The notes: a model not told the origin generated them from the letters alone. DNA of 64,000 nucleotides from Christensenellaceae bacterium (GCA_963667795.1 OY764017.1:1460079-1524078); one strand, 5' to 3'. Shown: positions 55,548 to 64,000, numbered from the stretch's first letter. A program made the numbers and translations.

Positions 55548-56270
55548 TTAATGCACCAGAGCATTATCCTTCTCCATTATCCCGATGATTTCACTTCTTG
55601 TTTCAATCAGATCCCTGTCTGTTAAGCCTCTTTCCCGTTTTGGTTTGCTTAAACAAAATTCCCTCTCTGCCTTTGCCGGCCTGTTGGAGAGCAAAAGAAT
55701 CCTGTCGCCGAGCAACAGCGCTTCATCAATTTCATGCGTCACAAATACGATAGTCTTTTTCGTGCTGCTCCAAAGGGTGAGTAAATAGCGTATCATGCCG
55801 ATCCTTAAGTTGTAATCGAGAGACTTAAAGGGCTCATCCATCAGCAGCAGGTCGGCTTCATAGTTGAAGGCTCTTGCTATGGAACACCGCTGACGCATTC
55901 CGCCGCTTAATTCATGCGGGTAAAAGCCTTCGAATCCTTTAAGCCCGACTTTTTCAATCAGCTCCATACAGTATTCATGAGAGCTTTGCTTGTTAACGAT
56001 ACGAATATTCTCATATGCGTCCTTCCATGGCAAAAGCCTGTCTTCCTGAAAAACGTAACTTGTATTTTGACTGTTATTCATCACCTTTCCACCGGAAGGA
56101 TGGGTGAGTCCGGAAATAATATTCAATATCGTAGATTTGCCACAGCCAGACGGTCCTATGATGCATAATATTTCTTCTTTGGCCGCTTCGATGGATAAGT
56201 CCTGCAAAACACGAACGTCTCCAAAGTGCTTTTCTACGCTTTGCAGTTTCAGTATCGTTCTATCGCTCAT
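55548..56270 (-). CDS. ABC transporter ATP-binding protein, NitT/TauT (sulfonate/nitrate/taurine-type) family
   Basis: Walker A GPSGCGKST, signature LSGGMRQR, Walker B LLLMDEP. ATG 56270 has an AAGGAG RBS. Confidence 0.88.
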   Translation of the reverse strand: MSDRTILKLQSVEKHFGDVRVLQDLSIEAAKEEILCIIGPSGCGKSTILNIISGLTHPSGGKVMNNSQNTSYVFQEDRLLPWKDAYENIRIVNKQSSHEYCMELIEKVGLKGFEGFYPHELSGGMRQRCSIARAFNYEADLLLMDEPFKSLDYNLRIGMIRYLLTLWSSTKKTIVFVTHEIDEALLLGDRILLLSNRPAKAEREFCLSKPKRERGLTDRDLIETRSEIIGIMEKDNALVH

Positions 56271-57099
56271 GGCTTTTTCTCCTTTTTGGTTTGTATTCAA
56301 ATAGCTTAGAAGTTATCTTTTGAAACAGAAAGCAAAGCAGAACCACGATGATTCCCCATGCAAACACCCTGTCCGTTTCAAGGTTCATTCTGGCGTCGGT
56401 AATTTGTGAGCCAAGCCCGGTGCTGGCGCTTAATACTTCTCCCATAACCACCAGCTTCCACCCAAAACTAAAAACGGTAATGAGCCCGGCTTTAAAGTAA
56501 GCCCCTAAAGACGGCAAAACTATTTTCGTGATCATTTCTGTTTGTGTAAACTTAAACGCCTTTCCCATTTCAACGAGCTTTGGGTCTATGTTTTCAAATC
56601 CCTCTTTAATTGTGATGGCCATAACCGGGGCGCTCCCTATAAAGACAATAAAAATGGTCGCTTTTCCATTCAGCCCAAACCATATCATGGCAATCGCCAT
56701 GTACAAAATAGGTGGTATCGCTTGAACAATATATACAAGCGGCTCAAAATATTCTTTTAGCTTTTTACTGCTCCCCATCAGAATCCCCAATATAGTCCCG
56801 GTTATTATTGACACCAGCAGGGCCAATACAAGCCTTTGCAGCGTGATGGCGACTTCCGGCAACAGCTTCCCACTTTGAGCGATTTCAAGCAGAGTTTCAA
56901 GCGTCAAAACGGGGCCGGGAAGAACCAGCGGCGTGTATACCATTGATAATCCCTGCCATGCCAGCAGGAGGATGCCCAGAGACAAAAAAATCCTTATATT
57001 GAGCTTCTTCCTGCCTGATATATCTGCAATCGTTTTTTCTTTTTTTATATTATCAGTGTTCGGACTCATTAACGGCTTCACTTGTTGTATCCCTTTCAT
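56260..57099 (-). CDS. ABC transporter permease (NitT/TauT family)
   Basis: 279 aa, about 6 TM segments, binding-protein-dependent transport inner-membrane-component pattern. Confidence 0.85.
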   Translation of the reverse strand: MKGIQQVKPLMSPNTDNIKKEKTIADISGRKKLNIRIFLSLGILLLAWQGLSMVYTPLVLPGPVLTLETLLEIAQSGKLLPEVAITLQRLVLALLVSIITGTILGILMGSSKKLKEYFEPLVYIVQAIPPILYMAIAMIWFGLNGKATIFIVFIGSAPVMAITIKEGFENIDPKLVEMGKAFKFTQTEMITKIVLPSLGAYFKAGLITVFSFGWKLVVMGEVLSASTGLGSQITDARMNLETDRVFAWGIIVVLLCFLFQKITSKLFEYKPKRRKSHER

Positions 57100-57278
57100 T
57101 TATAAAAACTTCTTGTAAAATTTGGCCAGATACAATACACGGGACATCTGCGCAGCCAAGCAGCCTCGCTTATCCCGTGTACTGAATAGATGACCAATAC
57201 CCAATATTCTTTTCTATTTCATAGCGCAGATAAATCCTTTTCTCTGTCCTTTATACGCCTGCACCATGCCTTCGTCTA

Positions 57279-57446
57279 CTAATTTGACCATATCTGCAGC
57301 AGATACATACTTAGCATCTTTTCAATTTCGGACGGAGAACATCCGCATTCTCCGCTGTAAGAATACGGATTAATGAAGGCGGTCTCTTCATCCCAGGAAG
57401 CCATTACGTTCACGCTTTCAATCAACATTTTCCGTCCGTCTTTCAT
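57279..57446 (-). CDS. small hypothetical ORF (55 aa) in the SBP-permease gap
   Basis: MKDGRKMLIESVNVMASWDEETAFINPYSYSGECGCSPSEIEKMLSMYLLQIWSN. No convincing RBS; it may be a gene remnant. Confidence 0.2.
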   Translation of the reverse strand: MKDGRKMLIESVNVMASWDEETAFINPYSYSGECGCSPSEIEKMLSMYLLQIWSN

Positions 57447-57513
57447 TCGACAATTCAAATGATTTGTGTTTGAAGCGCCTTCTGTTTCATCTGCGCATCC
57501 TCGCTGCTTCCAT

Positions 57514-58563
57514 TTATTCGGCTGTATAATAGAAGCTGTCGTCGGGCATCTTGTCCCCAATGCTCTCAGGCTTTAGTTCCAATAAGACCTTGAAATATTC
57601 TTCAACATCATTCTTGGCGTCAGCCGCAGATTTATAATCCAAGCAAAAGCCCGGCATAGCTGCGGCGATCAGCTCTGCGTTTGCATTCAGATATGTGTTC
57701 GCAAGAGCGCCCGCTTCATCAGGGTTTTCAACCGTCCATTTTATCGCGTCGGAAAATTTCTTATTAAAATCCAGCACAACGCTTTCATTCTCGCTTAAGT
57801 AATCAGAATTGACTACGGTACAATTACCCGGCATTGAGTACGCTTCCCCCTGCGTCAGCTTCCAGTCTTCGGCAAACTCAGAGATCACCCTATAACCGTC
57901 CACATTTTTAAGGTTTGAAGTCACGAATGGCTGAGCGTCAACAGCATACTGAATCGTCCCCGCCGCAATTAACTGCGCGATCTCGGCGTGAGACGAATAG
58001 ACCACCTCAACATTTTTCCCGATCTCAAGTCCATTTTGACTTAGGAAGTATTGCGTCATTATATCCGGGACTGAGCCTTTCGCTGGAACGTATAGTTCCT
58101 TTCCCTCAAGGTCTTTCCAGCTGTTACAGTCGGGGTCGGTTGTACTCAGATACATTCCGCCCCAACCAAACGCATTGACCATCTTAACGTCTATGCCTTT
58201 ATTTTTGAGATTGGCGGCGGTATGTACAGGCACAATGAGAATCCCATAATCCCCGCCGGAAGCCAATGCCATCATAGCCTCCATGTCGCCGTAAAGCTGG
58301 AGATCAAGCTTTATGTTCTCGCCCATGCAATCGTTCTCGATCATTCTCAATACCGGAATTGTAGCGGGCGATTTTGGCGCAACTACGGTAACAACTGTTT
58401 GAGTATTCGGGTCATTTGTTTTCGTATCGTCAGCACTCGTGTCTGCGTTTGCAGTGCTTGTTTCCGTATTCCCCGGGTTTGCTTCCTGTATGTCTGCGGT
58501 TTGTCCGCATCCGGCGAATATGCTGATACACAATATAAGCAATATTGCTATTATTCTTTTCAT
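57514..58563 (-). CDS. ABC transporter substrate-binding lipoprotein (NMT1/THI5-like, NitT/TauT family)
   Basis: Signal peptide with lipobox (MKRIIAILLILCISIFAGC) and a low-complexity T/D/N linker. ATG 58563 is preferred over 58596. Confidence 0.8.
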   Translation of the reverse strand: MKRIIAILLILCISIFAGCGQTADIQEANPGNTETSTANADTSADDTKTNDPNTQTVVTVVAPKSPATIPVLRMIENDCMGENIKLDLQLYGDMEAMMALASGGDYGILIVPVHTAANLKNKGIDVKMVNAFGWGGMYLSTTDPDCNSWKDLEGKELYVPAKGSVPDIMTQYFLSQNGLEIGKNVEVVYSSHAEIAQLIAAGTIQYAVDAQPFVTSNLKNVDGYRVISEFAEDWKLTQGEAYSMPGNCTVVNSDYLSENESVVLDFNKKFSDAIKWTVENPDEAGALANTYLNANAELIAAAMPGFCLDYKSAADAKNDVEEYFKVLLELKPESIGDKMPDDSFYYTAE

Positions 58564-58676
58564 GTCTTGTTTCTGCCTCCTTATTGATATTGACATGCAT
58601 TTTCATTTAGGATATATTATCTTTGGTAAAAGTACAGTATCTGTGGATACAATATTGAAATTGGGATGAAACGCAA

Positions 58677-59354
58677 ATGAATGATGTTATTGAGGCGTGC
58701 TGCCATTGTGAAATATTTAAAGGCCTTGACAAGGCCAGGATTCAACATGTTTTATCTATTGCCGACTGCCAGATAAAAACCTATGATAAAAACGAATTCA
58801 TATGCAGGGAAGACCAATCCTCGGTTTATGTTGGCATTATTATTTTCGGCTGCGTTGAAATACAGAAAATATTGCCGTCCGGCAACATTGTATGTTTATT
58901 TAATAGAAATAAAGGCGATATGTTCGGGGGGGCTGTTGTTTTTGCTGGTAAAGCTTCATACCCTTGCGATGTATTTTCAAGAGATAAAAGCAAAATACTG
59001 TTTCTGCACAAGAAGGATATTTTAGAAATGTGCAAATGTTCATTTGTAGCAAATAATTTACTAAAAGCTTTTGCTGATAGTATTTTTAATTTTGAAAAAA
59101 GAGTGGAACTATTTTCATATTCATCTATTCAAAAAAAGATAGCGTTTTATCTGCTTGATGAGCAAAAAGCGTTAAATGTAAATATGATTCGCTTACCTTT
59201 CACAAAAAAGGCGTGGGCGGAATACTTATGCGTATCACGTCCATCGCTTTGCCGAGAATTAAAGAAGCTTAGCAATGACAATATAATAAAAGTAAATGGA
59301 AATATTATTTCTATTAAAAGCGAAGAAGGTCTCATAAGCTTACTGCAACAATAA
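58677..59354 (+). CDS. Crp/Fnr-family transcriptional regulator (copy 2, Cys-rich N-terminus)
   Basis: 225 aa. The HTH AWAEYLCVSRPSLCRELKKLSNDNII is paralogous to copy 1. The N-terminus is MNDVIEACCHCEIF. Confidence 0.85.
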   Translation: MNDVIEACCHCEIFKGLDKARIQHVLSIADCQIKTYDKNEFICREDQSSVYVGIIIFGCVEIQKILPSGNIVCLFNRNKGDMFGGAVVFAGKASYPCDVFSRDKSKILFLHKKDILEMCKCSFVANNLLKAFADSIFNFEKRVELFSYSSIQKKIAFYLLDEQKALNVNMIRLPFTKKAWAEYLCVSRPSLCRELKKLSNDNIIKVNGNIISIKSEEGLISLLQQ

Positions 59355-59804
59355 TTATTCTTTATCCTTGCAGTTCTTACACAACCCGAAAAATTTCAGA
59401 CGGTGATCCTTTATCATAAAATCATAATTATCAACGATATATTGTTCTAAGTCTTCCAATAAATCGCTTTTAATATCTGTTATTGAGCCGCATTTCGTAC
59501 AAATCAAATGATGGTGGGTATGTTCTTCGTTATCATTGACAAGCTCATATCTGGTAAAGCCATCCTCAAAGTTTGTCCCTTGAACAATCTGCATTTTTTC
59601 AAGCATGACCAGTGTTCTGTAAACGGTAGATTGTCCAATGTTTATTTGTTTCTGTTTAAGTAATTCACAGATATCATTACTGCTTAAGTGTGAACCGAGA
59701 TGTGCTGATAAAACATCCAACACTAACTGACGCTGCCCTGTATATTTATATCCGAACTGATGAAATTTTTCCTTAATATTTGATATTTTAAAATTATTAT
59801 TCAT
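59355..59804 (-). CDS. Fur-family metalloregulator (copy 2)
   Basis: 149 aa. HTHHHLICTKCG and CKNC motifs. Its stop codon abuts the crp copy 2 stop. Confidence 0.85.
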   Translation of the reverse strand: MNNNFKISNIKEKFHQFGYKYTGQRQLVLDVLSAHLGSHLSSNDICELLKQKQINIGQSTVYRTLVMLEKMQIVQGTNFEDGFTRYELVNDNEEHTHHHLICTKCGSITDIKSDLLEDLEQYIVDNYDFMIKDHRLKFFGLCKNCKDKE

Positions 59805-60223
59805 GTTGATTTTCCTTTAGACTTTTCTTTGAAAATGCATGTCAGTTTCATTATACTAAATAAGATGTATTAGTCAACTCATGGAAGGCGCTTTGCACCT
59901 TGGTTAAGGCGAATCAACAGGGCTATATATGAGCAGCTGCTGTAGCGTTGTACAATATCTTGTTGGGGTCTATGTACCATTTTTTTACCCTCTGTTGCAC
60001 AGACCACATATTAAAGTATTTACCTTTCTTAGCCACCAGCTCGCCGTGTTTTTCGTTTTTAAAGATTGCTTACCATCCAATTTACACATACGGACGAGTA
60101 TAAGCATGTTTATAGGAAAGTATTCAGTCTTTGCAACCTGATACATAGTAAAGAATACCAGTAGTAATGGTCGGAAGCAGTCATCCGGCAGATCTCCCGA
60201 CCATAATCTATTTCTTTACTTGG

Positions 60224-60823
60224 CTATACTAAATCGAACATAAAAAATAAGCTGTGCTTTGAAGTATATGCCTGATCGAACGCCAGGCCGTGATTAGCGA
60301 CCAGCGTGAAAACGCCCATGCAGTTATGATTCAATGTTCCAAACTCTACAAGCATCATATCCGCGGCATAGTATGTGTTTTCATTGTAGCCTGTGTTCCA
60401 TTCCATAACGCTTGGAATTTTTATACCAAGAGCTATGAACTCTTTCGACTCGGCAACATTAAGATTTGCCCAGTCCTTATCCGTCGGCAGTACATCGGTA
60501 AACTGCAGTGTTCCGCCTGGAGTAGAGAACATTGACTCGACTCTGACTCTAATGGGAGCGAGCGTGTTGTTTACGAGCGTAATTTCTGGTGCAATAATTC
60601 CATACTGGTCTCCGGTGTTCGGATCGATTGTATATGAGATAGTTGCAGGATGCGTTACCGAAACAGTTAATGCAGATATCGAACCTTCAATCGGTATTGG
60701 TGTTGACGCGTCTCCTTCACCTGTTGTAGTTGTATCGTCCGCGAGGGCCGTAACAGATGTTGCTGCCACGAGCAGCGCCACGACAACCATCATAATAAAG
60801 GCTTTCTTTAGTTTCAGTTTCAT
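60224..60823 (-). CDS. secreted hypothetical protein
   Basis: 199 aa. Signal peptide (MMVVVALLVAATSVTALA) and a beta-rich mature part. No family recognised. Confidence 0.55.
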   Translation of the reverse strand: MKLKLKKAFIMMVVVALLVAATSVTALADDTTTTGEGDASTPIPIEGSISALTVSVTHPATISYTIDPNTGDQYGIIAPEITLVNNTLAPIRVRVESMFSTPGGTLQFTDVLPTDKDWANLNVAESKEFIALGIKIPSVMEWNTGYNENTYYAADMMLVEFGTLNHNCMGVFTLVANHGLAFDQAYTSKHSLFFMFDLV

Positions 60824-60866
60824 TAAAATACCTCCATAAAATATATTTTTCTGTAAAGCCGGATGA

Positions 60867-61436
60867 CTATCTTATCGTAATATGAATTGAATATCCCGCC
60901 CTGCTTATGAACTCCTGTGTCTCCATGTCGTAGTAGTCGATATAAGCAATACCGTCATATTCGCCGGTTTGCATATCCTGCAGAAGTTCAATTTTTTCGA
61001 TGTGCTGATTCGGGTAAATAGGAACTGATGTAGCTATCAGTTGATCTTCAAAATAGACCTTAGCTTGCTGGATGATATTGTTCGATGACGGGTTCTCAAC
61101 GATCCAGTCTCCGATTGTCCCTGAATTTCCGGAAGGGAACGTAATATTCGAGCTTAGCTTGTCCGTAACGACAAGCTGCTGCTTTTCCAGGTCATCGAGA
61201 ATTTCTTCCCTTGATTTTGGGCTTGCAACTCCGTCTATAGCGCTGCCGCTTTGATCCAAGTTGGATGCTGGAGTATTTGAGTTTCCCATTGACGGGTCAG
61301 GACACAGGGTATTAACATAGGCCAGAAACAGGATAACCATTAATAGGCACATAAAAATTATGATCAGCATTTTCTTCGTTCTCTTTTTCTTCTCGTCAGC
61401 GTTTTGCTTATCCCTGGACAATAGATTTGTATTCAT
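60867..61436 (-). CDS. membrane-anchored hypothetical protein
   Basis: ATG 61436 (MNTNLLSRDK) lies 6 nt after GGAGG. There is a single TM segment (MLIIIFMCLLMVILFLAYV) followed by an extracytoplasmic domain. Confidence 0.55.
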   Translation of the reverse strand: MNTNLLSRDKQNADEKKKRTKKMLIIIFMCLLMVILFLAYVNTLCPDPSMGNSNTPASNLDQSGSAIDGVASPKSREEILDDLEKQQLVVTDKLSSNITFPSGNSGTIGDWIVENPSSNNIIQQAKVYFEDQLIATSVPIYPNQHIEKIELLQDMQTGEYDGIAYIDYYDMETQEFISRAGYSIHITIR

Positions 61437-61517
61437 AAAATTCCTCCTAAAATCTGATAAAATAAAAGGCCTTTTGGCCATACGTTGCTATGCAACCAAT
61501 TTGTATAACTATATAAA

Positions 61518-63326
61518 CTACACATATGGCCTCGCAAAAGCATAGATAGGATAGCTGGCGTTTTCCCATAAATCGCGTACGACAACGCATCCTCTGCTGC
61601 TGCTCGCTTCAATGGCTTTGCCGTCTCCAATATAAATGCCAACATGATGTATTTCATTCCACCTGCCGCAACCGGGGCAACTAAGGTTCTGCCAGAAGAT
61701 CAGATCGCCCGGCTGAAGTTCGATTCTGCCGACGGCTTTGCCATTCTCAATGCACCACTTCGCCTGTCCCGCAGCGTTGGTGTACATGATGGAGCCAAGC
61801 TCGGGATCAACCCCATTGATTGCCCAATAAGCTAAACCTGAGCAATCAAACTTATATGGGCCTTTTGCACCCATAACGTAGGGTGCGCCCAATTTCGTTA
61901 TCGCAGCCTTTACGACCTCTGTGCCCTCGGTGCCCACCGGCAGGTTGGATATAATCTCCGTCAGATCAGCTCCGCCCAGAAGATCAACGCCGAGAAGCTC
62001 CGCGTAAAGGGTATAATAATCGGGGGACATCATTTCATCCGCTATCTCCATTTGCTCGGAAGTAAATCCGTATTCCGTAGCGCCTTCTTCATAGGTCAGG
62101 CTGTTGACCATTATATAGATGATAAGCGTAGTATGAGTGACGGTTTCTTCCTCGCCGTCATCGCCCGTAACCGTGGTTTCTTCAGACACGGTTTCCGTAC
62201 GCGTAGACAGCTTGTTCATATCATTAAATACATTTCTCAGTTCGTCTACCTTTTCAGGCGTGATGGTGATGACCTCCACGTTTTCACCCATGTACTTGGC
62301 GGCAAATACGGTCAACACATCCGTCCAGTTGTTGCATACCGCACTGTCACCGTCTATATCGCCCTCATAAACAATCTTGACTTCATCATATGAATCGCCC
62401 GAGGAAAGCTCATGGATCTTGCCGGCTATCTTCGCCTGAAAATCTGCGCTAATTTCAGTGACGGCCTGACTTATCGGAATGCCGTCGCCCGCTTCATCCG
62501 AAAAGAAAATGCCAAACGCCGAGCCGAGGATGAGCGCGATGACGGCTACCACAATAATGATAAGGACGGCTACCCATCCGCCTGCCGCAATTGCAACAAT
62601 AAGCGCCTTGACCGCAGCGATAATCGCTTTAACAATCGCTGTTATGGCTTTGGCCGTTGCCTTGGCCGCGGCAGCAGCCGCTTTTGCCGCTGCACGGGCA
62701 GCCCGAGTGGCTATCTGCGCAGCTCGGGCTGTGGCTTGCGCCGTTTTCTGAGCCGTCTTTGCCGTACGTTGTGCCGTCTTAACGGCCTTTTGTCCTGATT
62801 TTACGGTAGTGCGTGCAGCTTTCACTGTTTTCTGCGTAGTTTTCACCGTACCTTTTCCGGCAGCTTTTGCGGTTTGCGTAGTCTGCTTGGCAGTTTGCCC
62901 CGTATACCGTGCATTTTGAGCTGTTCGGCGCGCGCCCTGCGCGGTATGCTGTGCGCGCTCCTGACCGGCACGGTAAGCGTTGCTCCCAGATGAAAAAGAG
63001 GAACGGCTTCCCGTTCCTCTCTCATTCTTACGTTTCTGTTTATGTGCTTCCCGAGCCTTTTGAGCAAGTTGTTTGCCGCGATGCTGCACCTCCTGTCCCG
63101 TGCGATGCATGGTATCATCGGCGGTGTGCTCCAAGCGGTTTTCGGCATATTGCTCCGGCGATTCACCTATTGGTTGTGAATGTTCCGCCGCTTCCTGTGC
63201 ATTTTTGTGTGTTTGCTCAATGGATTTACGTAAAAGCTCTTTAGGCATCTTTGTGGATCGGGAAAGTTCTCGTGGCGTTTTCTCAGTCGGCTTGGTTTTA
63301 ATATCTTTCAAATAAATCATCTCCAA
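61518..63326 (-). CDS. conjugative-element cell-wall hydrolase (NlpC/P60 C40 peptidase, Tn916 Orf14-like) with a K/A/T/Q-rich N-terminal region and a TM segment
   Basis: 602 aa. The C-terminal catalytic contexts are KFDCSGLAYWA (Cys) and HHVGIYIGDG (His); the N-terminal half is repetitive (TAQ/KTAQ). Confidence 0.8.
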   Translation of the reverse strand: MEMIYLKDIKTKPTEKTPRELSRSTKMPKELLRKSIEQTHKNAQEAAEHSQPIGESPEQYAENRLEHTADDTMHRTGQEVQHRGKQLAQKAREAHKQKRKNERGTGSRSSFSSGSNAYRAGQERAQHTAQGARRTAQNARYTGQTAKQTTQTAKAAGKGTVKTTQKTVKAARTTVKSGQKAVKTAQRTAKTAQKTAQATARAAQIATRAARAAAKAAAAAAKATAKAITAIVKAIIAAVKALIVAIAAGGWVAVLIIIVVAVIALILGSAFGIFFSDEAGDGIPISQAVTEISADFQAKIAGKIHELSSGDSYDEVKIVYEGDIDGDSAVCNNWTDVLTVFAAKYMGENVEVITITPEKVDELRNVFNDMNKLSTRTETVSEETTVTGDDGEEETVTHTTLIIYIMVNSLTYEEGATEYGFTSEQMEIADEMMSPDYYTLYAELLGVDLLGGADLTEIISNLPVGTEGTEVVKAAITKLGAPYVMGAKGPYKFDCSGLAYWAINGVDPELGSIMYTNAAGQAKWCIENGKAVGRIELQPGDLIFWQNLSCPGCGRWNEIHHVGIYIGDGKAIEASSSRGCVVVRDLWENASYPIYAFARPYV

Positions 63327-63387
63327 AAGGGTATAAAAATAGGCACCGTTTAAGTGCCACCAAAATTATATATACTATTTTGTTTTC

Positions 63388-64000
63388 CTATTTAAGTTTA
63401 TCAAACTCAATACGATATTTATATAGATTATTATCTTTTAAAATTTCCGGATCAAATTCTTCTTTATCCTTTTTTGTTGAAACCATATACTTAAGTCGAA
63501 ATAAATGATTTTCAATATAGTCATCTATTGCCTCCATGATTTGATCATGCATTTCAAAAAAGTCATTTTTTATAACAATTCCAACCTGCGGCATTGAAGA
63601 ATCTGGTAATTCGTTAATTGCGGTTTCAAGATTAAGAATATAATTTAAGCAATAAAACAATGTTTTATTTAGTTTATTGTAGTTCAATTTATTTAATGTT
63701 TGAAACGCTGCATTTTGCTGCAATCTCCAATTATCAAAATACTCATGATTTTGCATAATAATTAAGGATCTCAATGTAGGCGCAGACGAATCTTGCACTG
63801 TTGGCGAATAGTTAATCTTCAAAGTTTTAGTTGTATACTCTGTATAGGTGGTCATTTTCATAAACTCAATAATAGCACGAGATGTGTTAATATCATCTAA
63901 TCGCATAGAAGCCATTTTTGCTTTTAGCTTAATTATTTCTTGACGCCTAATTGAATAGTGATTTACTAAAATAGGTATTAGTGCACCAAGAAAAATAGAA
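63388..64000 (-). CDS. hypothetical protein, very low G+C, 5' end off-window
   Basis: The frame stays open upstream of Met 63915 to the window edge (..SIFLGALIPILVNHYSIRRQEIIKLKAKMASMRL..), which suggests an N-terminal TM segment. No family recognised. Confidence 0.5.
   Translation of the reverse strand, partial: SIFLGALIPILVNHYSIRRQEIIKLKAKMASMRLDDINTSRAIIEFMKMTTYTEYTTKTLKINYSPTVQDSSAPTLRSLIIMQNHEYFDNWRLQQNAAFQTLNKLNYNKLNKTLFYCLNYILNLETAINELPDSSMPQVGIVIKNDFFEMHDQIMEAIDDYIENHLFRLKYMVSTKKDKEEFDPEILKDNNLYKYRIEFDKLK

Larger units (their letters stand above)
46271..64000. mobile_element. integrative (conjugative) element, Tn916/CTn-like, partial; int-xis end at the tRNA fragment, continues beyond the window
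   Basis: - The G+C drops abruptly to the right of the tRNA fragment.
- A tyrosine integrase, excisionase and sigma-r4 regulator read outward toward the end.
- A conjugation-type NlpC/P60 hydrolase is present.
- The composition is mosaic. Confidence 0.75.

Noticed and set aside
59929-60141. 70-aa plus-strand ORF between fur2 and the secreted-protein gene
   Set aside because: It has no RBS and a hydrophobic, low-information sequence. The region may hold a decayed gene, but I cannot support any call.
1-64000. CRISPR arrays, rRNA genes, IS elements with terminal inverted repeats, in-frame stop (selenocysteine) signals in the molybdoenzyme genes
   Set aside because: I scanned for regularly spaced direct repeats, rRNA-like conserved blocks, transposase ORFs and interrupted reading frames. 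None was seen, and the Xdh-family ORFs are uninterrupted.

Overview
The window joins two different regions. Positions 1 to about 46.2 kb are a high-G+C, Clostridia-like chromosomal segment. Positions from about 46.3 kb to 64 kb are the integrase end of a visibly lower-G+C, mosaic Tn916/CTn-like integrative element that continues off-window. It is inserted next to a truncated tRNA-Arg(CCU) 3' fragment.

Chromosomal genes, in order:
- A class I fumarase-beta-like fragment, purA and purB, a GH3 beta-glucosidase and an AraC regulator.
- A redox/H2-sensing block: Rex, an Fe-alcohol dehydrogenase, a PAS-containing sensory [FeFe]-hydrogenase-like protein and a PP2C phosphatase.
- An orphan three-gene phage tail-fibre-like cassette.
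- A long minus-strand catabolic region: an NCS2 nucleobase permease, a three-subunit xanthine-dehydrogenase-family molybdoenzyme, a cyclase-family hydrolase, FdrA/DUF1116/DUF2877 (AllF/G/H-like), DUF35, a thiolase-like protein that appears to lack both catalytic cysteines, and a GNAT-like protein.
- pfkA and an alpha/beta hydrolase.
- An Arn-like lipid-linked surface-glycosylation cluster: epimerase, WbqC, polyprenyl-phosphate GT2, a two-gene SMR/EamA flippase and two tandem 588-aa GT-C-like paralogs.
- A TSCPD protein, an acyltransferase-3, galM, an RlmI-like methyltransferase, a PAS-GGDEF cyclase, a multi-SH3b secreted protein with near-identical 228-bp repeats, and a DagK-family lipid kinase.

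Element genes, in order:
- int, xis, a GC-rich structured non-coding stretch and a sigma-70 region-4-like regulator.
- A cargo region: DtxR/MntR, a His/Cys-rich SAM methyltransferase, a 1330-aa fused double-activase/dehydratase-like protein, Fur, Crp/Fnr, a NitT/TauT-type ABC importer, and a second Crp/Fnr and Fur.
- Two secreted or membrane proteins, a conjugation-type NlpC/P60 hydrolase and a very low-G+C partial gene.

My top candidate for an undescribed system is the metal-regulated activase-fusion/methyltransferase operon carried by the element. The second candidate is the chromosomal operon combining the cysteine-less thiolase-like protein, DUF35 and GNAT with FdrA/DUF1116/DUF2877. All family assignments come from motif recognition by eye; no searches were run.
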